Origin: Marsupella aquatica
Taxonomy: Eukaryota > Plantae > Marchantiophyta
Length of the DNA: 64,000 bases
Direction: 5' to 3'
Assembly (NCBI GenBank): GCA_973895155.1
Contig: OZ316896.1
Location: 11,150,795-11,214,794 of the forward strand
Numbering within the stretch: the first letter of the stretch is position 1; each line of letters starts with the position of its first letter. This document shows, piece after piece, positions 34,601-46,793 of the stretch. The notes beneath the pieces were generated by a model. The model was given only the letters and a program-made list of their open reading frames with translations, searched no databases and was not told the origin of the DNA. Made by a program: the position numbers and the translations under genes.

Positions 34601-35781
34601 ACTTCTCCGAGACCATCTCGGGCTTCACCACTGTGCGTGCATTCGGCCATCAGGAGAGATTTGTCTCCAGCAATGTAGACCTTTGTAGCATCAATATGGG
34701 GATCCAATTCCACAGCAATGGAGCATATGAATGGCTCGGGTTCCGATTAGAATCTTTCGGGACTTTATTGTTATGCATCTCTGCGCTAATCCTGGTGCTC
34801 GTTCCGAAGGGGTTCGTTCAGCCGGAATTCGTCGGGCTCTCTCTCTCGTACGGACTGGCCCTTAACGGGTGCCTGTTTTGGTTAATCCTTTCTTTAAGTA
34901 TGTTGGAGCAGAAAATGGTGGCCGTGGAGAGGATTCTCCAGTACACAGACATTCCCAGCGAAGCACCGCTTGTGATAGAGGGGCACCAGCCCGATCAAAC
35001 CTGGCCCAGCAAAGGGAGCATCACCATGCAGAATGTACAGATGCGGTACCGTCCAGACATGCCTTTGGTGCTAAAAGGAGTCAGCTTCTCACTCAGGGGA
35101 GGGGAGAAGCTGGGCGTGGTGGGCAGAACAGGAAGCGGAAAATCTTCTCTAATCCAGGTGCTCTTCAGAATTGTGGAACCTGCAGGTGGGCGTATTGTGG
35201 TGGACAGAGTTGACATTACTACAATTGGACTGCGGGACTTGAGGTCCAAGTTCAGTGTCATACCTCAAGAACCTACTCTGTTCGAGGGCAATGTGAGAAA
35301 CAATGTGGATCCGCTTGGCAAGTACTCAGATGCCGAGATTTGGGAGGCTTTAGACAAGAGTCAGCTTGGGGATGTTGTTCGGGAGAAAGAGCTGAAGCTG
35401 GATCACCTGGTGGCGGAGAATGGAGATAATTGGAGCATGGGACAGCGGCAATTATTTTGCCTGGCGAGAGCTTTGTTGAGAAAAAGCAAGGTGCTGGTGC
35501 TCGACGAAGCAACGGCGAGTGTAGATACGCAGACAGATGTCGTACTGCAGAAGATTATCACCAGGGAGTTCTCGGACTGCACAGTTATTAGCATAGCGCA
35601 TAGGATACCCACTGTTATGGATAGTGACAAAGTACTAGTCTTAGACGCTGGAGTTGTGAAAGAATTTGGATCTCCGGCCACGTTGTTAGATCAGCAGGCT
35701 TCTCTCTTCTCTGCCCTAGTGCAAGAGTATTGGAACAGATCGAATAGCTTGAACGATTTGGCTGCCGCGGTAGAAGGCTAA
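31657..35781 (+). CDS. ABCC: ABC transporter subfamily C (MRP; ABCC4/ABCC14-like), single exon, 1374 aa from the first ATG
   Basis: Uninterrupted ORF containing L0 (FLWMNPLL), TMD1, NBD1 (GTVGSGKS, LSGGQKQR, YLLDD), IEEEEREKG, TMD2 (FFDTTPTGR) and NBD2 (GRTGSGKS, WSMGQRQL, LVLDEATASVD). The ATG context is ACAATGG. Confidence 0.95.
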   Translation: MVDSQNGNLREPLLSTNDGNFIPRETAEDEKKAAVVSDFDNSGIISKVIFLWMNPLLKVGSRKALAIQDVPRLGKDEDVETAYGKFQREWEREGQSNKFLPWIIVRAHWRMFALTGFLGLLKLVVMYAGPLLIQRFIDVTAEEDSRLLDGVSLVGLLLFAKALEVVADHQSNFIGRRISIGVWSGLVSAIYRKGLKITSGARQSHGTGKIVNYMSVDAETISELLQQLHSLWGLPLQICLALIILYSVVGIATFAGIGTMLLVMVICLVMASFQQKFQMKIMEAKDKRVKVTTEALGCMKIIKLCAWQEEFLSRVEAARSVERGWIAKLMYLAAMSIFLLWLSPLAVSVITFGTCVLVGVPLTAGKVFTAIATFRIVQEPLRSFPQIVMAAAQAMVSVRRVKTYLESPELDVNAVSRLPAGETYAVVVESGTFKWEPEGKSLTLKNIDIQVRTGCLAAIVGTVGSGKSAVLSCLLGEMEKVSGSVVLSGTVAYVAQSAWIQNGSIKDNILFGKAFDESLYKETLRVCALAGDLAQMQHGDQTEIGEKGINLSGGQKQRVQLARAVYQDADIYLLDDIFSALDAHTGSSIFQDCVRGFLNGKTVLLVTHQVEFLHGADLILVMRDGEIVQSGRYNELTSQGTDFGALVDAHNESLDSAEANGNDRVENEDDDVIFELGEEDNYPTSLDQLEPHLPTSTAPVLIAWSPRSNPGSEAATPPSVGSGRLERGQSLEKNQEHPNFRKLNKAVGRSGKKSLQKGSKAQHPPAAAPVIASAKLIEEEEREKGRVDSSVYWAYCTKVLFGTHVIALIFIQTAWQGLQIASDFWLAESTSEESVENFNAKRFITVYTGLAIGSGLFVLARSLLVSFSGLRTAQRFFLDMIRSVFKAPMSFFDTTPTGRVLTRSSTDQMDVDFLIPFMYGSMLAVGFQLIGVLTVMSRVTWQLLFLIVPLLVVFVQYQRYFIATSRELTRLESITQAPIIQHFSETISGFTTVRAFGHQERFVSSNVDLCSINMGIQFHSNGAYEWLGFRLESFGTLLLCISALILVLVPKGFVQPEFVGLSLSYGLALNGCLFWLILSLSMLEQKMVAVERILQYTDIPSEAPLVIEGHQPDQTWPSKGSITMQNVQMRYRPDMPLVLKGVSFSLRGGEKLGVVGRTGSGKSSLIQVLFRIVEPAGGRIVVDRVDITTIGLRDLRSKFSVIPQEPTLFEGNVRNNVDPLGKYSDAEIWEALDKSQLGDVVREKELKLDHLVAENGDNWSMGQRQLFCLARALLRKSKVLVLDEATASVDTQTDVVLQKIITREFSDCTVISIAHRIPTVMDSDKVLVLDAGVVKEFGSPATLLDQQASLFSALVQEYWNRSNSLNDLAAAVEG

Positions 35782-37049
35782 TTGTAAAGGTTAGATTAAA
35801 ACTAACAATCTTTGACCTTGCAGTTTGGGCGTCGAATACAGATGACATCCCGTCGTCCACCAAAATCTGCTGCAAACACAATTATCCCTCAAGCTACCCT
35901 CTGGACTGGGAAGGGAGTCTCAAACTCTCAATGCACCCACCACAATACAGGTGGTTGTGGTGATGATGATAAAACCCAAAGTGGGAGATGTCATCGTGAC
36001 AGCAACAACAGCCTCTGTTAATGCGTGATGGTGAGTGATGAACTCTGATTAAAGCTATGCTACCGACGTGTTGTCTGAGAATGAAAAGTGACATTATGGC
36101 TAACCTCTAACTCGCTGACAAGTGAATCCAACAGCTCTGTATGAGCTGAGATGTCCGCCCTGAATGTAGAGTGACACGCAAACCTAGCCAGGCCAGCCCA
36201 CGACTGATGGTTTTACCGGGTTGAGAAACCTCAGCTCTTAATTTTCGAGGCATCATTTGTGCCATGAACACAGCCCATTACCACCTGAATCACAGGGCTT
36301 GATGCTGCTCATGAGGACAACTGATGGAAGGAGATCCATCACTTACGACCACTGGGGAATGACTCAGTCATACGAGAGGTTGCAGGAAGAAATTGGTAAT
36401 GAAATAAGAAAGTATGGCCGAGGCCAGGGAATCGTGGAAGGAAAGGAGTTCACGAGATGCGAGCTTAAGGCATTCGTGATAGAGGTTTCTGCCGTTGTTG
36501 ATGCTCCCTTGTTCCTCTTGCAAATTGTGTCAACCGTTTACTGTCAATACTACGGCAATCGCATCATTTCTGATTTATTCAGAATCTGCCAACGAGGTCA
36601 AGAGCTGGAGTTTTATAAGCTATTCACATTTGCTTTGAAAGTCTGTCACCTAATCTGAATCTACTGTAGCTCAGTGCACTATTTCTTGGAGACGCAAATC
36701 TTTGTCTGCAGCGACAGAAGGAATCGAGAATCAATCGAACTGTATTCTCGTTATGCTTAGAACTAATCGAGAATCAATCGAACCTGAATTGGAACAGAAG
36801 AATTACATAACATTGAACGATTCCATGAAATATGTTGTCCTGTACTGCTGTGCAAGTGTATGCTCTCACACGAAGCACCGAACCTGAAAAACCTGAGGGC
36901 ATGACGAACTGAAGATCTACACGAATTGAATAAAAAGCCTTTTCTGTTCAAGAGAATGCAAACAGTTTCATTGACAAAATGGCAGGGCCATGCAGGTTCC
37001 CACATTCAAGCTGAGAAAGTAATCTGGTGAATGTTCCTAGGTGCCTTAC

Positions 37050-40000
37050 TGTGAAGTGTTTCCCTTGTGAAGTGTTTCCCTTCTGTGTTCTGGTCTCGAC
37101 GTCTTCCCACTTTCACTTCCGTTCTTATCGTAGGGCTTGTTTTTAGCTCTTTACTCCTTACTGTAAAGTGGCGCGGGTGTAAGGCAGTCTGTTGCCCAAC
37201 ACGTGTTTGAGCTTCCTATGGCGCGCCTGGCTCTTTTCAAACTCGTTTGAAGGGCAGGAGTGCCTGCACTTAAGCAGTATGCGCGACTAACTCTGGATAG
37301 AGCATTCAGTCTTTTACAATGAATCAATCAATGGATGTGAGTGCAATGTTTGCACTCTTCCACAGATACTGCGTATGATTTATGAATGTGTCACAGTGTC
37401 TTATGTTTTGTTCTCCAAGCTACAGATCACAGGTTATGGGCCAGTATTAAATCAATCGATCGATCGATAGTCTGTTATAGTCTTCTGTGAACAAACGCAC
37501 ACACTTTTGTCTACTTCGTGTTTTGCTCTATCACAATTACAGTCATGACATTTCGTGACTCCACTCACTTGTTACCAAAATTAGATGGCGGTCCCAATTA
37601 CGAGCAGTGGCAGCTACTTGTCTCAGCTAGTCTGGCATCATCAGGCGGCTGGAAGTTCATTGATGGAACAGCGGTGTCACCTGTTCAAGAGATTGACGAA
37701 ATGAACTATCAGTTTCAGGCTCATCTTGAGACTTACAATGCTCAAGCCGCTCATGCTCGGATGATCATCCTTTCTACTTGCAAGACACACATTCAGGCGA
37801 CCCTCGCGTTGGTGCCTATAGCAAAAGAATGTTGGGATAAATTGAAGAAGATCTACAAGCCTCAGGGGCTTATCCAGAAGCACAATACGTGGGTTGCTTA
37901 CGTCAAATTGCAGTATCGGGGGGAGGACATGGAAACATTTACTACTCAATACCGGGATGCTCTTGATCGATGTGCGGCTGCAGGCATTGTCATTGATATT
38001 GCTGTTCAAACCATGCAGTTTCTTCATAGTTGTGAGCACATCCGACGTAACCCGAAGGATTCTCGTTCCCTTGATCTTCTTCTTCAAGAAGCACGGGATG
38101 AATATCATAATGATCCTGATCAGGCACCATTGCAGCCGGCTTTACAGTTGAACGTCAATACTAGCACCTCACGTCCAACTTCGTCCACGCTGCCTAAGGA
38201 ACTCTGTCCTTACTGTCGACTTCCTCGCCACAAGGAGGACACCTGTTACTATAAGTACGAGCATCTTCGACGACCAGGATGGCAGCCCAACACAATTACA
38301 ATGCAACGCATTCAACAACGCCTCAAGGGGACAAATAATGTTCAGGCTACTCTTCCAACCATCCTCTGCCCTGATTCTCCTCCACTTGATATTTTAAATT
38401 TTGTGCAATCTTTACATCACATACATTCTGAGGAGACTCCATTTGCGGATACCGGTACTTGGATTGCTGACTCTGGTGCGAATCATCATTTTTGTAACAA
38501 CCGGAGTCTATTCCAGGATTATCAATCTGATCCATTGTCCATCAATACTGGGGCAGGACAAATCATTTCACCAGGGCACGGTAATCTAGATCTTTCTGTG
38601 CAATGCACTGATAAATCTTACCGACCAATACGACTACATAATGTACGCCACATGCCGAGTAGTGCATTAAATACTATCTCCGAGCATCTTTTAGAGCATA
38701 AAGGTGTATATTGGCATGGCTGGGAGTCTCATTTCGTTTTCCGAGCAACTGGTCAAGAATTTGCTAGCGCCAAGAAGTTCGATGGCCTTAAGGTTCTTTG
38801 CGTCAAAGTTCCACCCTCGTCCACTCCTGATGATAATCACTTCTTTGCACAGAGTGTTAGTTTTCCTCTCCTTCATCGTCGTTTTGCACATTTGCATTCT
38901 GACGGTGTCAAGAAGGTTGTCCAACAAGAAAACATTACACTCACTGGCTCTAATGTCCTACCGCCGTGTGAAACATGCGCCCTTGCCAAGTCCTCTTGTG
39001 TTATCTCTCATGAATCACACACTCGGGCGACTGCTCCATTTCAGAAAATACACATTGACCTTGTTGGTCCTATCTCCACTCCCGGGCTCAATCACCAGCG
39101 CTTTTTTCTGCTTCTCACTGATGATTACTCACGCTCTCGCTGGGTGTATTGTGTTCAACATAAGAGTCAAGTTTCTTCCCTTGTTCAGAAGTTCTGTATT
39201 GCAATACAAGCTCACTATTCTGTCAAGGTTGGGGCTATTCATTGCGACAATGGCACTGAGTTTGGCAGCGCAGAGTTACAACAATTCTTGGCAGATCTTG
39301 GATGCAGCATCTCACACTCGGCTCCATATCATCACACTCAAAACGGAATTGCTGAACGGGCAAATGGTGTCATCATTGAGCGGGCCAGGGCTATGTTGTT
39401 GGATTCTCATCTTCCATCTCGTTTATGGCCAGAAGTGGTTCGGACTGCAGTTTACGTGTCAAATCGACTACCTACGACAGTCAATCCTGACTTAGCATCT
39501 TCGCTTGCTACTCTCAATCGTGCGTTCAAACGGCCGGTTAATTCTAATATCACTCATTTGCGAGTGTTTGGTGAAATTTTTTATATGCACATACCTCCTG
39601 AGAGGCGACTTCGTGGTGATAAATTTTCATCCAGGGCATGATGTGGATTTCTGGTGGGATATGGTGATGGTCTTAGCTATCGCATATGGTTTCCCGACAC
39701 AAATGAAATTGCAGTATCTGCCTATGTTTCCATTGATGAGACACCCCGTTTAGTTTCTCCATTACAATCGATGACGACGGATCCTGCTTTGATCACTTTT
39801 GAGCAACCAATCTTTTTGGCTCCAATCGATGCTCCATTAATAGCTCCTCTTTCGGCTCTTGCCATTGATAGTCAGGCACCTCCTATTTTCTCGTCGGCAC
39901 CTGACACTATTCCAAATCAGGTTTCCCCTAATGCGGCTGAGTTTTTTCCGACTATGATACCACCTTTGGGCACAATCTCGCCAGAAGAATTCCATGAAGA

Positions 40001-42163
40001 TGTAACCGCAGCAATAGCTGACATGCCGCCTCCTCCTCGTCGGTCAACTCGAAGTAATAGGGGTGTTCCCCCCCCTCGATTTTTTTCTGCCTCTTTGCTC
40101 TCGCATATTCCATCAACGCTGCTCTACTCTTATTCGGCTGCGCTCTTCTCCTCTTTTTCGGATGTACCAAAAACTCACAAAGAGGCGATGTCTGGGCCTG
40201 ATGCTGCGTCTTGGAAAGAAGCGGAGCAGAAGGAACTTCATCAGTTGGCGAAATTAAATGTGGCTTGATTGATTCCGTTACCACCTGGTGCACGCCTACT
40301 TCCATCCAAATGGGTTTACAATCGAAAGAAGACAGGCATCTACAAAGCATGTTTTGTGGCTTGCGGGGATAAGCAACGACCAGGTGAAGACTACGGGGAT
40401 ACTTTTGCCTCTGTGGTTAGACCTGAGACTTTTTGCACCATTATGGCACTTGTTGCTATTTTCAATCTTGAAGCTCGTAGTTTCGATATTGTTACAGCAT
40501 TTCTATATGCTCTGATGGCTGGCCAGCCACCCATTTATATTCGACCACCACCAGGATATGAGACGTATACTGCCGATGGTCAGCTCCTCATCTGGTTACT
40601 CCTATCTGCTTTATACGGTTTACGGCAATCTCCTCGGCTCTAGTACATTGCGATTACTGAGTTTTTGGCTACTCATGGTTTTTTCCCGTTACTCTCAGAT
40701 CCATGTGTTCTAAAAAATTCTACGGGGGATCTCATTGTCTTGTGGGTGGATGACATTATTACCATCTCCACGACCGTTGAAGGTGTCAATGCTATGCACT
40801 CCATGTTGTCATCCCGATATGAGATTCGTGCACTTGGAGACTTAACTGAGTATCTTGGGCCCTGGCAATTTATCGAGATCGGGCTGCAGGAGTTTTATAT
40901 ATTGCACAAAATCAGTATGCTCAAAAGGTTCTTACTCGTTTTCATATGAATGCTGCGGTTGCTCTCACTGCACCTTCCACTGGAATTGATCAATTACTTC
41001 CGAGTGAAATCTCTGCGACACCAGATCAGTTACAATTGTATCAAGCTATGATTGGCTCCCTCATGTATCTAGCAGTGTGGACGCGGCCTGATATTGCTGA
41101 ACGATGTGCACGCCTTGGCCAATTTGCACATAACCCTGCGCCTGAACATCAGGCTTATGCTCGACATGTTCTGGCTTACCTCAGCGGCACCATTCATCTG
41201 GGTCTCAAGTATCATTCTGCTCTATACCAGGGTATTGAGATCCATTCTTTAAATTTCCAAGGATATTGTGATGCTTCTTTTGCCGGTGATGTTATTGATC
41301 GCAAATCTGCCTTTGGCTATCTTTTCAAGCTTGCTAGTGGAGCTATCAGCTGGAAGTCACGCAAGCAGCCAATTATCACAACCAGCAGCATTGAGGCTGA
41401 ATACGTCGCCTACTCTATTGCATGTAAAGAAGCTATTTGGCTTCGCGCTCTGCTACAGCAACTTGATTTCTGTTCTTCTGATGTCTCTACGGTTGTCATG
41501 TGGGGAGATAACAAGCCAGCAATTGCTTTGACTATTAATCCAGAGCATCATGCTAGGACCAAGCATATCCAGATTCAGTGGCATTATGTGCGTGAGCAAG
41601 TTCATTTAGGGCATGTGCAGATCAAGTATTTGTCGACTGACAACATGCATGCTGACGGCTTGACGAAACCACTGGCTGGAATCCATTTTCAACGATTCAT
41701 TCAGCTTCTTGGTCTTGTTTTCTTCCCAGTTTCTACCAATTAGAAGACAGTCGATCCGGGGGGTGTGTGAAGTGTTTCCCTTGTGAAGTGTTTCCCTTGT
41801 GAAGTGTTTCCCTTCTGTGTTCTGGTCTCGACGTCTTCCCACTTTCACTTCCGTTCTTATCGTAGGGCTTGTTTTTAGCTCTTTACTCCTTACTGTAAAG
41901 TGGCGCGGGTGTAAGGCAGTCTGTTGCCCAACACGTGTTTGAGCTTCCTATGGCGCGCCTGGCTCTTTTCAAACTCGTTTGAAGGGCAGGAGTGCCTGCA
42001 CTTAAGCAGTATGCGCGACTGACTCTGAATAGAGCATTCAGTCTTTTACAATGAATCAATCAATGGATGTGAGCGCAATGTTTGCACTCTTCCACAGATA
42101 CTGCGTATGATTTATGAATGTGTCAAAGTGTCTTATGTTTTGTTCTCCAAGCTACAGATCACA
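37050..42163 (+). mobile_element. Full-length Ty1/Copia LTR retrotransposon with a half-tRNA (Hemivirus-type) PBS
   Basis: 5' LTR 37050-37431 and 3' LTR 41766-42163 (TG...CA). TSD CTTAC at 37045-37049 and 42164-42168. PBS GGTTATGGGCCAG at 37432-37444. G-rich PPT at about 41758-41765. Confidence 0.97.
37545..41743 (+). pseudogene. Copia gag-pol polyprotein (Gag, PR, IN, RT, RNase H), disabled
   Basis: Contains the CPYC..PRH....C knuckle, WIADSGANHH protease, HRRFAH...CETC, IHIDLVGP / HCDNGTEF / QNGIAER integrase, FDIVTAFL, LYGLRQS, LWVDDI and YCDASFA. In-frame stops at 39639, 40266 and 40641, and a frameshift at about 40860. Confidence 0.93.
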
Positions 42164-42569
42164 CTTACACGAACCACAAATGTAGTGACTTGCTACGCAT
42201 GCTTTTGCTAATCACGTTTTCGAACAAAGTAACAAACACAGATCCCCCCATGAGAGAACGATTCCATTTGTTTACCAACAAGAGGGAGGTGTTCATTGTT
42301 GGCACACAATGTTAAATCCATTCCAGGGCATTTTGAAATTTGTCCTCTACTAATTTCTTGGTAAAGACAATTAAATCTCAACCTGCATGAAATTGGGTTT
42401 GTTTTAGCAAGTGTGAATATAGGAGAAAAAGGATCAGGAAACTTTCAAGAATTCGAGTGTGAAGTCCTTCAAAACTTGGGTTGAAGCAACCATATTTTGG
42501 GATATTATAGCCAACAATGCTGGGAGACATGTTGTGACTAAAAACTTCAATCTATTTCTTGATTTTCTC

Positions 42570-44060
42570 TTTGTAATGCACAGTCCAGATTTGGATCAGG
42601 GCATTATGAAACTTCTCATTCACTTGTACTGAAAATCATAAAAATAAAAATCTCTTAGACCTTTAAGTATATAATGAAGTGCTGTTTACAACAGAGCATT
42701 GTGTTCTGTAGTGGCCCCCAAAATGAGAGCTTTGGTTTGAGTTTTGAGGGGATATTATTGCCCATAATGATCAGGTAACATGACCTTAATACACTTAAAG
42801 GGCAGAGAGATTCTACTAACTTTAGTAAAGCTGAGGAGAATCTTTATTGATATGAGTTGATCCAAATCTTGATCAGCAAATGCAACTCATTTTCTATACA
42901 AACAACCTGTTTCTATACTATTGTTTCTATAGGATTGTTTAATGCCCTTCATGATTGTTCCTATGCCCTTTAATACATTCTTCTCAAGTAACGCTTTGAA
43001 ACCATATCGAGAAAAATCACAAAGGGCATTCAGTGTATCAACGCCCTGTTATGAGGGCATTCATGGGCACTATAATAGCCCATCAAAATTTGAGCTATAG
43101 CCCTTGTTTTGGGGTAGTCCGAGGGGCAGTCATAATGCCTGCCCTGTTACCAAGGCATTTCTGTGTACATAAATAGATGCATGAGCTCACTACTGGTGCC
43201 AGCCTTTCATGGTACTATTGGATGGCATATCAGCTATATGTGTTTGCTGGGCTAAAGCCCTCATACTTTGGGATTCTGTAGCCCACGATGCTCTGGAAAC
43301 AGGGCAATGCTAGGCACATATATAAACATGACCATTCACGGCTATCAGTGTTAGCACTCTGAGTGTTACTAACAATGAGTGGGCAATTCCCACCTTCTTT
43401 CCATTGGGCCAAAAACAATTGTTTACACTAATTCAAAACTAAGTGTAGCCAACAAATTACTTTACCAGAATTAGTAACAGTGTACATGCATGAGCAGTCT
43501 CTGGTGTACCTTTCCTGGCCCTATGGGGGCACTATTCTATTAATGGCATATCAGCTGTTGTACGCTTGCTGGGCCTTTCATTACACTAGTGGGACACCTT
43601 CTTCAAAAATGATTCACTTGCATGGCAGCCTATTTTTACTCATTCGGTGACAACTGTTTTAAGGACTCCTTCAAGGCCTGCTTGGTCTGCCTGGTCAATA
43701 GAGATTTTTTGCAATAGAGCCAGGTGAGATTGTGCATGATTGATGAGACTTTCAGTTCAGCCAATAAGGTGTGTTACACCTTATTGCCCTTTGCGATTAT
43801 CGCTTTGTGATTTTGGTTTTTTTTGTTGGAAATGAATGCACAGTCCAGATTTGGACCCGGCATTATGAAACTTCTCCTTCACTTTGACCAAAATAGCAAC
43901 ACAAGAAATCTCGTAGGCCTTTCAGGTGTGTTAACCTGCTGTTACAAGGGCTATACGGGCAGCAATAGTCCCTCAAAGGGGAAGCTAGAGCCTGAGCTAG
44001 AGCCCTTGTTTTGGGCCAGGGCATTATGGTCCAAAATGCTCTGGTAACAGGGCATTACCA
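42570..44060. repeat. Degenerate dispersed direct repeats (old TE debris)
   Basis: AATGCACAGTCCAGATTTGGA...GGCATTATGAAACTTCTC occurs at about 42575 and 43835. TGAGCTA.AGCCCTTGTTTTGGG occurs at about 43092 and 43993. GGCATATCAGCT occurs at about 43223 and 43545. Confidence 0.5.
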
Positions 44061-46793
44061 TACACATAAACAATTGGGTGGAGGCAGACTAACTCATGAA
44101 TTCCAGGAGAGATGGCTTCTGCTGCTCTCCTGCCCTTGCTTGCTACTAACCCCAAATCATGACATGCATTTCACCTGGTCGCTGAGCACTTGCCATTGCA
44201 GGAGAGTCCTTGGGAAGTCACTAGTTGGATCATTAGAGCGGGTGCCAACAAATGAAGGGTAATTTCAATCCTGTTGTACTACTACTTATAATATAAAAAC
44301 CTTATACTAAAGGCACTTTAAAATTTAATTTGACACAGTGAATATTTTATATTCATCAGAGTATATAATTTCTGAAAAGTAATAAAAGGTACAAGACGTT
44401 TTTTAGTTATTTTATTTTTTCATTTATGTTTCAAGTTTTATTATTCCTTGCACACCTTTTTTTTGTTTAGTTTTTCAACCTATGTAGACCCATGGAGGGA
44501 GGTCTTTTGGGGCTTTCAACCTATGTTCGCCCCTGAGTAACTGAGGGCTAACTCGCATGTGAGAAACAGTCAAGCATGTGGCCCTTTGCACTAGGTCCCA
44601 ATACTTCTGGAACAGTAGCACTTCTTTGATAACAAAATGTGACACAAATCTGGTTCCCTACTTCCCAACAATGACAGAGTTTACAACAGGTGTACAGTTC
44701 TGTTTTGTTTTTTTATAAGGCAAGTGTCTGGACTTGCAAGGGCTGGAAAGCTTCCAGCCCTTACCTTTGGAAATGCATGAATTGTGCCATCAGATCTGGT
44801 GCAGGTCTGGTGCATCTGGAGGTTAGCCGGGTACCTCTCCTTCAGTGATATGCTGGCATGTCTGACATTTATGCCTACATTGTGAAGGGCCCCAGAAAGT
44901 GCAAGTTGGGCCTTAAACATGGGTCATCCTGAGTATGGACCAGAAGCATAACTCACCCTTCCTTCTCACCCAGCTTTGAATCGTGTCATTTATGGAAAAC
45001 TCTAATATTGGAGGGTCTTTAAGGTTGGCCCAATAAAATAATAATGATACCAAGGACCAAATTTCGCGTAGCTATTTGTGAAACCAGAAACAAAGTCAAT
45101 GTTCATTTAAGGAAGATTCTCATCGTCATGGTATATACATTGTTTTCAAGGTTAGAAAATAAAATCTAGCCTTGCGCTATAGTGTGCAAAATATGAAAAC
45201 AATGTGCAACAAAAGAAAGAAAGCAAGGGGGAGGCAGTACGCAGGCTCTTATGGTATTGTTGCACCAAGGAAGAATGGATCAGCAGCAAAAAAAGGGAGG
45301 GTAACGCAGAAAACCAATGTCGAGCACAGAATACAGCGATGATTAAGATAAGTAACAAAGACAGCCCCATTCTCTTGGTAAGGAAAATGAAAGCTCGGAC
45401 TAGTATGTACAGCTCTAATCCACACGAACTTCAGCTAGCCGGAATAGCCAACAGTCTATATCTCTATTACTAAACCACCAGGTCAACCAACTAAGAGCAA
45501 GGATAACTAGATGAACCAAAGCAAAAAAACAACAACTCCGAAGAAAAACGGAAGCAAGCAGCTGAAAGAATAAAAGATTCACTAACCCGAGCAACATATG
45601 GAGTTCAGTCCAGAATCAAGGAAATCGCGCAGTCTTAGATCTACTTGAAGACGTAAGGGGAAGTCAAGGAGATGGAGGCCAAATCGGAGAACAAGAGGAC
45701 ACAAGAAGTAGGCCGCGATAGAAGTCAAGGTGCAGACCAACGAATCAATTCAGCTGAGGGAAAATAAACCACAAACACACCAAACACAAGTAACGAGAGA
45801 TAATTCCACAGAAGAAATTAGTAGTACACAAACAAAAAATAACAACAAGAAAGCAGAATACTAGAAGAAGGAACAAAATCCAATACTGACAAATAGAGAA
45901 CGGTGACTGGCAAGAAAGAATAAATACAGCGGACAGATAGAGGATAACAGAATCACAATAAGAGAGCAATAGCCATGCAGCAGCTGAAGCAACGATAAGT
46001 ATCTAGAGATAACACGTCAACCACCAAGTAACCGGACATAGGGATAGGGCTGAATAATCCCATGGGTAAATCTCAACTCTGAGCAAAACGAAATCATTTC
46101 AATCCTACGTTACAAAACTCTAATAACGACACCCAAGACTCATGCTAATAGTCAACATGCAGACAGGAGTAAGTATTCTAGAACAAAGGTAACACTGTCA
46201 GGCACGAACAATGTTGGGAAGTATAACGAGTACATCATGTTTTCTCCAGAAAAGTTGCAGAAGAAGAAAGCACTCCGGTGGAAAGACGGCAATACGGCTA
46301 CAGAGCCCAGAATGATGTCATGATGTCTGGCAACAAGACGCAGGAATGTGAGTACGTAGATTAGGATGACAGAGTTTTAGCATGAATTGAAGTCGAGTAA
46401 GCAAAGATCAGGAACCACTAGAGAGTAATAAAAATAAAAGAAACGCACAGAGAAGAAGGACCCAGAGTGTCACCACACAAGGCAGTAAGAATTAAAGGAT
46501 CTAAAATATCTGAAGCACAGGCAGGTGCTGGAAATACGTCAGTATTCTATCTGTTCCTGGCCACCTTGTTTCGCTATCAGATATGGCCGCTCCTGGCTAC
46601 CTCGGACCCAGTGATAGTTGGTAGGTAATCTCCCCAAAAGATCCATTTTGGGGCAGACTGGTTGCGCCCCCTCCTACTCTGTCACAACCAAAAAAACAAA
46701 AACAAAAAGCCTACCTGAATCGATTCGATTCGATTAGCGGACACATAGTCCAAAAATAATAATAATAAATCATGCTCCAAGAATACACAAAAC

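Noticed and set aside
35960-36048. C/D box snoRNA (GTGATGA...CTGA)
   Set aside because: There is no terminal stem or recognisable rRNA guide, and the motifs are short enough to occur by chance.
45152-45969. Hydrophobic minus-strand ORFs resembling small membrane proteins
   Set aside because: They are a by-product of the A-rich plus strand (T-rich codons on the minus strand) and have no conserved motifs.
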